A stretch of DNA of 64,000 nt, taken from NCBI RefSeq assembly GCF_000315625.1, contig NW_005434631.1:124001-188000 (forward strand). The letters run 5' to 3'. The position numbers and the translations under genes were made by a program. The notes under the pieces were generated by a model. That model had not been told where the DNA came from. It did no database searches and saw nothing but the letters and a program-made list of their open reading frames with translations. Position 1 is the stretch's first letter; each line of letters begins with the position of its first letter. The DNA is from Guillardia theta CCMP2712. Lineage: Eukaryota; Protista; Cryptophyta. Below are positions 57,183-64,000 of the stretch, piece by piece.

Positions 57183-57476
57183 AGCCGGGCCCGGGGTTCA
57201 CTGAGTCTGTAGCGGCCGCATCGAGGTGATACCATGATTATGAGAACAAACTCGTATAAAGCTCACGGGCCGCCTGTCGGACGAATCGAGTCGCGGCAGG
57301 TCACCAGTGTCGGAGCGTCCGATTGATGTCGTCAATCGGACTCGAGTCGGATCGGACGGCCGCACTGCACTGGCACTGCGGCACTGCGCATCAGTGTGCA
57401 TGTGCCTGCAGTGCGGTCACCGGTGACCGTACGGTCGGGCCCGGCGCCGGTCGGATGCCCGGCCCGGGCCGGGAAA
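57183..57476. repeat. GC-rich palindrome cluster
   Basis: Perfect palindromes CGGTCACCGGTGACCG (57414-57429), GACCGTACGGTC (57425-57436) and CCCGGCCCGGGCCGGG (57458-57473). Confidence 0.8.
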
Positions 57477-57593
57477 TTGTTTGGTTTTACACAATTTTTT
57501 GTTTGACTTTTAGCGGATCAGGCGAAAATAGATTTCTTTGGCCACACATCATGTTCGCAGCTGCACGGAAGATGAGCGAACTGCTTGCGGTGA

Positions 57594-57735
57594 GAAGAGA
57601 AGAGAGCGAGGATATGGCGAGAGGAGAAGAGAGCGAGGATATGGCGAGAGGAGAAGAGAGCGAGGACATGGCGAGACTGAGAGGAGGAGAGAGCGAGGAT
57701 ATAGCGAGAGGAGAAGAGAGCGAGGATACAGCGAG
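57594..57735 (+). repeat. 27-bp tandem repeat (about 5 copies), reads ARGEESEDM if translated
   Basis: GCGAGAGGAGAAGAGAGCGAGGATATG repeated with variants. Confidence 0.85.
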
Positions 57736-58429
57736 GGGATCGGAAAACATTAGTGAACAGCGATAAGGAAATTGAGCAGCAGCGAGAAAAAGCAGCTACC
57801 AAGTGAGTGACTGAGTGAGTGAATGAGGAGATGAAGATGAGTGTAAGGGGGAAGAAAATTGCGGAGTGAGGGAGGGAATGACTTGACCATTGATGGCGTT
57901 CAGATCGGAGAGCATATCCCATGGCCAAAGGATGAGATAGTCAAGCTCTCCCCTCCCGAGCCAGCAATCGTGGTTCACAGGAACAGCCAGGGGATCATCA
58001 CGCTGGGGTCCGACATCCTTCCCCTCTACCCAAATGTATGTTGATCCTCATGCATGAAATGACATCAAGTGCTGATGGACATATCAGGAGAAGACGAAGA
58101 AGTGAAATGCGCGGGGAAACCTCTGAAGATTTTGATTTGTGCTTGTTAACGGTGCAGTGAAGGCAGCTGAACACAGTCTTTCGTTGACTCCTCTTGGATT
58201 TCCTTTGTTGCCTTTTCCTGCTCTGGCTCCCTCCTGATCCTGATCTTCTGTCATTTGAGTTTTGCTCGAAGTATTTTGCACTTCCACGCACGCAAGTCCG
58301 CTCCTCCAGTCCAAGGAGGTGAATGAGAGGGGGAGGTTTTGGGGGGGAGGGGAGGTGGAGAGAGAAGGAAAGAGAGATGGAGAGGGAAGGAGGGGGGGGG
58401 AGAGAGACAGAGTAGATTAGCGTTTACTC

Positions 58430-59986
58430 TCAATTGGCTCCATCAAGACTCGACGACGAATAATGTACACGGAAACAATATGGCAGGGCAGAGAGGTAGC
58501 TTCGTCCCTTAGTAAATTCGAGTTTCTTCGTATCCTTCTGTGCCGGGGACCTGAGACAAGATCGTGTCAAAGAAAGTAGAGATGACCCACTTTCCTCCAT
58601 CACATCGCTAAAGTGTCGATGGGCACATAAAATCAACCCTCGCATCTCGCAGTTTGCTGGGCGACGTCTGCATCCACGTCACAGATGACAAGATGCCAAA
58701 CAATGCACAAAATGCTGACCTGAGCTCCTCCTGGTCGTCGGGAGCGATTCCCAGTCCGAACTGAACGACAAATGTCAATAACTGTCAGATCCGATTCAAA
58801 TCATGAAATGTGGCCAGACACAGTACAGGGATAGTGAAATCTGGGTCAAGGGTGGGGATTGAGGGATTCAACGATAGCAAGGGGTCGTGAAGTGGATAAC
58901 CTGAGAGAACAGGCGATTCAAGAAACCACTGTGAGTCACCACAGCTATTCTTGACTAGCGAAAAAGGATCAGTCAAGGATCAGTTGAAAGTTCAAAATAC
59001 TTCAGGTCGCTTTGCTAGCCATTTCAGGAAACGAATACCACGTTCCTTGCCTGCAAACGTTGAGTTGACACCGCTTGCGCTTTCAAAGTCACTTACAGAG
59101 TTGGCTGTCTTCTTTGTGGTCAAACCACATCGAGTCGTGCTCGCTTTGAATGCACTGCGAGAAATCCACCTCGGGGAATTCCTCTTTGAGCACACTGACA
59201 TACGGCTATCAGCAAGTCGCTTTGAGAGTAGTCGCAGACCTTAACCGCCGACGGCTGTCTGCAGGGCAATTGGTAATCCTTTCTCTGCAGAGATCCGTTG
59301 CAATGAAAGGAGGAGGGCTGTCCATGAACTTGACGCTGCCGATCTGCGGAGCATCCTTTCAGCTGACCAGCTTGCGCGAGGAATGATTGCTACCGTGAGC
59401 CGCGCTGTTTGCAGCGTTCTCGTCAGAGGAGAAACAACCACGACCTCGCAATCAAGTTGGTGGGCTGGCAGTAGCGTCATTCTGCCAGCATGCAGACGGA
59501 ACAACCCCACCCATGCTCTTGAGTTCCTTCCTCAACTTCGCACACTGTTCGACACCCTTGGGGGTGAGTCCTGCGTCCCAGAATTTCCAGCCCGAATGTT
59601 CCTTCACAAAAAATTCAGGAGGGCACACCAACCATGCTCCAGAACCTCCTGCAAGTACAAAGAGCCCAGCTCATGCTCTCTCTCGGCGATGTTGTGGAAC
59701 GCCTCAGCATGGCGGATAAAGTAGACCACCTTACATCTGACAACCATGTAACTCAAACAGTCAAGGATCGACGACTGAATGCCCATCACCTGCGTTCAAG
59801 GAAAATCGAGAAACCGAGATCTTCATTGTGGCTAAAAGCATAACTATCCGAGTCTGGGAAGCTACCCATCGACGGCATCCTGGATATTGGCACTCTCTTT
59901 GAAGCTTCCCTCAAACTGACTTCGCTGAGATCAAACAAAAGAATCACAATACACGCCCTCACACTCAAAGACCATGCAACCAACAC
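58430..59986 (-). CDS. Histidine phosphatase / phosphoglycerate-mutase-like protein, multi-exon; ends approximate
   Basis: VYFIRHAEAFHN, DAGLTPKGVEQC, VVVSPLTRTLQTA, CRER, EFPEVDFS, RFLKWL..RPE and IAVVTH. Confidence 0.85.
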
Positions 59987-61438
59987 CTGTCCTGTTGGGC
60001 TGGACCCTCAACTGGGCTGGAGCGGAACGAAGGCACATGATTTACCCCCGCGTTCCCTGGATCAGAGCATCAGATTTCAACTCCTTGACTGCACATCGCA
60101 GCGATGCGGAAGATACCTTCCACGACTGTGATGGAGGAGACAACAAATTGAAACAGAAGGATCAAATAGATCGGATGAGCCGGAGCCATCGACTCCCTAG
60201 CCTCTGAATCTGTCCGGCAAGACTGTGCCAAGATCATCCAGAGGCCCAAAGGGTCCCGAATGAGGATAAACACATGCTGTCGGAACAATCGTAAGAAGGA
60301 TGATCTATGCTAAACATAATGATACATGATTTGTCAGACGAGTCCATTTTCGTTAATTGTAACAAAAGAAGCACACGCAAATCATCAAAACCTTAATTTG
60401 CACATCACAAGGGATGAAATGTCAACGATTAAGGGCAGTAATCACAGAAGAAATAGCAATCAAATATCAATCATATTGTGTGAATGTATCCTTTGCAACC
60501 AGGTACAGCACCAGCAGCTGTCATTCTACGAGCAGTACAGTGTATCCTCTCTTTCATCACTGTCTCTCGAACTCCCCCTTCCCTTCTTTCCTTCCATCCT
60601 TCAACAGTGTCACTCCCTCTCTCTGAGACTTCATGTTGTCCTTTCATCATCTCCTCTTTCCTGGCATCCTCCTTCCCACTCACTCCCGAGCGGCCATGAA
60701 AGAAGAAGGGCACATGACCACCCCCTTAATCCACCCCTTCCAAATCACACATACCCCTCCTTTTCTCAGCTAGGACCCATCATTTCCTGTGCACCCTGGA
60801 ATCGCCAAACAACCACACCTGGTCCTGACCTCTAATAGTAAGACTTTAGAAGTTCCCCTCGTTATCAAATTTGATGTCCATCACCCCTACTCAAGAGTGC
60901 AAGTACCCGGTACTTTACCGTCATCGAATGCACCACGCCCACCCCGGCGATAGGAAGCCAAAACATTTTATATAAAAATTACCGGAATGGATTTAAATAT
61001 AGATATAAGATTGATAAAATAGATATAAAGAATACTTCTACCAGAAAAATCTTTGTATAAATAACTTTTGATTTTTAAAAGTACTTTTATGTGTGAGCGA
61101 CATCATTTTGCGACCCATACTCCCCCCGTCCCCCCTCAGACCTCATCACCCTCGCCCCCTTGTACCCTCATCCCCCATCATCACATTTTCTCATCGCCCT
61201 CATTCTTCATTATCCGACCCCCCCAGCAATATGACCCACCCCTAGCAACACGACAATCGACTACCCTACCTTTCCTGTGACTGCCTGTTTCTGTCCGCCT
61301 CCCATACTATCTGACCACCCCCACATACAATATCACTTGGACCCACCGTATTGATGAAAATGAACAAGCCTGGTCATGCTACCCCCGCCAGATTCAGGTA
61401 CCCCACCCTACCCTCTGCTTCCTGGCCCCCCCTGCGCC

Positions 61439-63574
61439 ATGTCCTCCCCTTCCTCGGATGATGCGCGTATCGCGACTTTCCCCTCCGCGTTTCGCCCTCG
61501 CTCGTCCAGGACATCTCAAGCCATGCCGTCGCCTCCCTCCTCCCTCACTTCCATCTTCCCTGGGGCCTCTTCATATCCTGTTGTTTCCCCTCGAGCTGCA
61601 ACACATCGAGGGGAACGTGGCGAGCATCACAACTCAGCCAAGAAATCTCCCACGTCAAAGACGGCTAAGCATGAGAGGGGAAATCAGATACTGGTACATA
61701 ATGATAGCAGTGATGACGAGGAACATGCTGAAAAACATCAAACTATAAACATCCATGAGGTTCGTTGTGACAAAACACTTCACTCTCGAATCACAGTTGT
61801 TTTCTCAGAGCGATTCAGCTGAAGCTTCAAGCAGTTTGCATAGTTCTGATCTCGATGCAAAATCAAGTGATAGCGAGAATGATGGCTCTTCGAGCCAGAT
61901 GCATTCGGCTAGAGGAGACAGCGACCTGAACGTCATATCGTTTTCATCTGACAACGAAGGAGAGAGAGGAGCTTCCTCTTCGAAGATACCTATCAAAATG
62001 TCAGATACGGCGGATCAGGACGAGAGTGCTACCAAGGAAAGACGATCCGCCAGGCGATATTTCCAAGAAGAAGATTCATCGGTGAGCTTCACGCCCATTT
62101 ATTCAATCTAAATGCGATTTGTGCTTCTGTATGTGCAATCTTAGATGTCATTGATGTTTTCATAGATAACATGCAGACATTGTGGTGGCATAGGACATTT
62201 TGCTCGAGATTGCGTCAATGAGAAGGTAGTGTTGATAAGACATTCTCCTATGTGCTATCGCTTATCATCGTTTTGCGTGTTGATGCCTTGACAGATACCA
62301 AAACCTTGTTTCCTTTGCGGCATCAAGGGACACAACGCACGAGATTGTGAAAATCAGCAGTGCTTCAAGGTGTCTTTACTCTCCTTTGCATGGCTCCATC
62401 AAGAGTACAGGATCCTTGACTTGCTTACAGTGTCGGAAGCCCGGTCACAGGATCTCGGAATGTCGCTTCCCACCGTACAGGGACGACACCTGTTTCAGGT
62501 GAAGTACTTCTCCCAGTCTACAGCGTCTGAGTAGGAGCGAAGGTGCGGGTCGATCCAACATTCACCTTACGACTGTCCCGACGCGATCCGATTTGATGGC
62601 ATCATCAAGATGCCGTCGCGGTCCCAGAGAGTGGATCCATTACTCTCCACAGCATGGTCAGGTATCCCGCTGGATACAACAAGATCAGCGCTCTCCTCAC
62701 CCTTCGTTCCCCTCGCAGGGATAAGAGGGAACAAAGATTTCTGGGGCATCGTAGGGAAACTACAGAGAAAACTGGGTTGCAAGAACGAGCAGGAGGTCAA
62801 ACCAACCAAGATTAATTTGACAAAGGAAGCTGGCATGAAGCGTAAGCGGGACATGGACACTTCCCTGCCGAAATCTGTGCGTGAATGACAATTGAGCCCT
62901 GTGTATGCGCTGATAGAGTTGCCAGAGCGAGGAGGAGGAGGAGGAGGAGGAGGTGGAGGAGGAGGAGGAGGAGGAGGAGGAGGAGGAGGAGTCTGTTCCA
63001 TTCCACCTTCATCAAACCAAGCGGTGAATTTGACTCATGAAACACTGAATGATGTTTGTTTGGTTCTTTTTTGACTCCTCTTTTACTTTTGCAGACGAAG
63101 ATTGGAAGAAGAGGATGTCAGGAAGCCAAGTCCAAAAGCAAAACCGAAACTTGTAGATGCTAATCAATATCACAGGTTGTTATTTCCTTGTCTGAGTGTC
63201 TACTGTAATGTTTTTGGCAGGGGAAAGCTGATGGGAGACCATCACAATACACCATACATGGGGAGACGAGCTCGTCAGAAAGAGCGGAGGATACCTGTTG
63301 GAGGCAAGCTCGCGCTCCTCCTCGCACGTTGGACTGATTCACTTGACAGGAGGGAAGCAACATCACCAACCCGCAGTGCGAGGAAGAGGAAGGTAGATCG
63401 CAGTCAAACAAGGATCATGTGGAACTGATTGCTTCTATTTCTAGGCAAATGAAGCTTCAAGTGAGGCATTCAGAAAATGTCACGTTCAACAAGAAGAAAC
63501 CAAATTTTCACCCTCTACAAAATCATCCTAGAGGCAGAAAGAATGGGAGATTTCACAACACAGGGTGGCGTTGA
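61439..63574 (+). CDS. CCHC zinc-knuckle protein (Air1/Air2/ZCCHC7-like), multi-exon; ends approximate
   Basis: Ser/acidic N-terminus, then RRYF followed by knuckles CRHCGGIGHFARDC, CFLCGIKGHNARDC, CFK|CRKPGHRISEC and CFR|CGSIQHSPYDC. Confidence 0.8.
62929..62990. repeat. (GGA)n microsatellite
   Basis: About 20 trimers. Confidence 0.95.
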
Positions 63575-64000
63575 CAGATCTCAGTAAAGCATGACAACAG
63601 TGTTTCGTATTAACTGTTTCTCACTCTCTCAGTCTGTCAATCTCTTACTTTGCTTGTCCTTTCCTGTCCTGCTATCGGGGTTCCTCTACCCATTTTCTAC
63701 CTTCCTCCCGCTGTTTCCCTTCCCACTACCCACCCTCTGTATCACTCCTTCCTTTCATATCACCCCCATTACACATCATCAAATAACCCTACCCCCAATT
63801 ATGACGAAGATGAATAGAGGCTTATACCCCCTAGTCAGCAACCGTGGTTATAGTACCCCACCTCATTGCTGACTACCCTCACCCTGTAGTTTCCCATCCC
63901 CGCTCCTCTTCCCTGGGCTGCTTTCTGATTTCTTCCTCCCTCGGTTCCTTCTCTCCCCTCCCCTCTCTCCCTTCCCCTTCTCCTCCCCCTCTTCTCTCCC

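Overview
Gene-dense eukaryotic nuclear DNA, most consistent with a cryptophyte alga (Guillardia/Hanusia-like). This is inferred from ~47-nt GT-AG introns with CTGAC branch sites, purine/pyrimidine microsatellite introns, a short RWP-RK gene and a signal peptide followed by an RLKGG motif. Recognisable genes: the 5' part of an axonemal dynein heavy chain, gamma-glutamyl hydrolase, a membrane RING-H2 ligase, Cyp60/PPIL2, a MOSC/mARC protein, a signal-peptide-bearing Chlamydiae-like glucose-6-phosphate isomerase, a DRAM/Frag1 membrane protein, Sec31, an HTH+PB1 protein next to a 1.6-kb two-unit minisatellite, a degenerate guanylate-kinase-like gene, a probable Crypton/GCR1-like relic, an RWP-RK protein, a histidine phosphatase and an Air1/ZCCHC7-like zinc-knuckle protein. 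The most striking feature is at 45654-56677 (-): two long ORFs are joined in frame by a 47-nt intron into one ~3,650-aa protein carrying a MOV10/HELZ-type helicase and a ZNFX1-type helicase in tandem, plus CCCH, RRM-like, NF-X1, BTB-like and IPT-like modules. All family assignments are from remembered motifs, with no database search.
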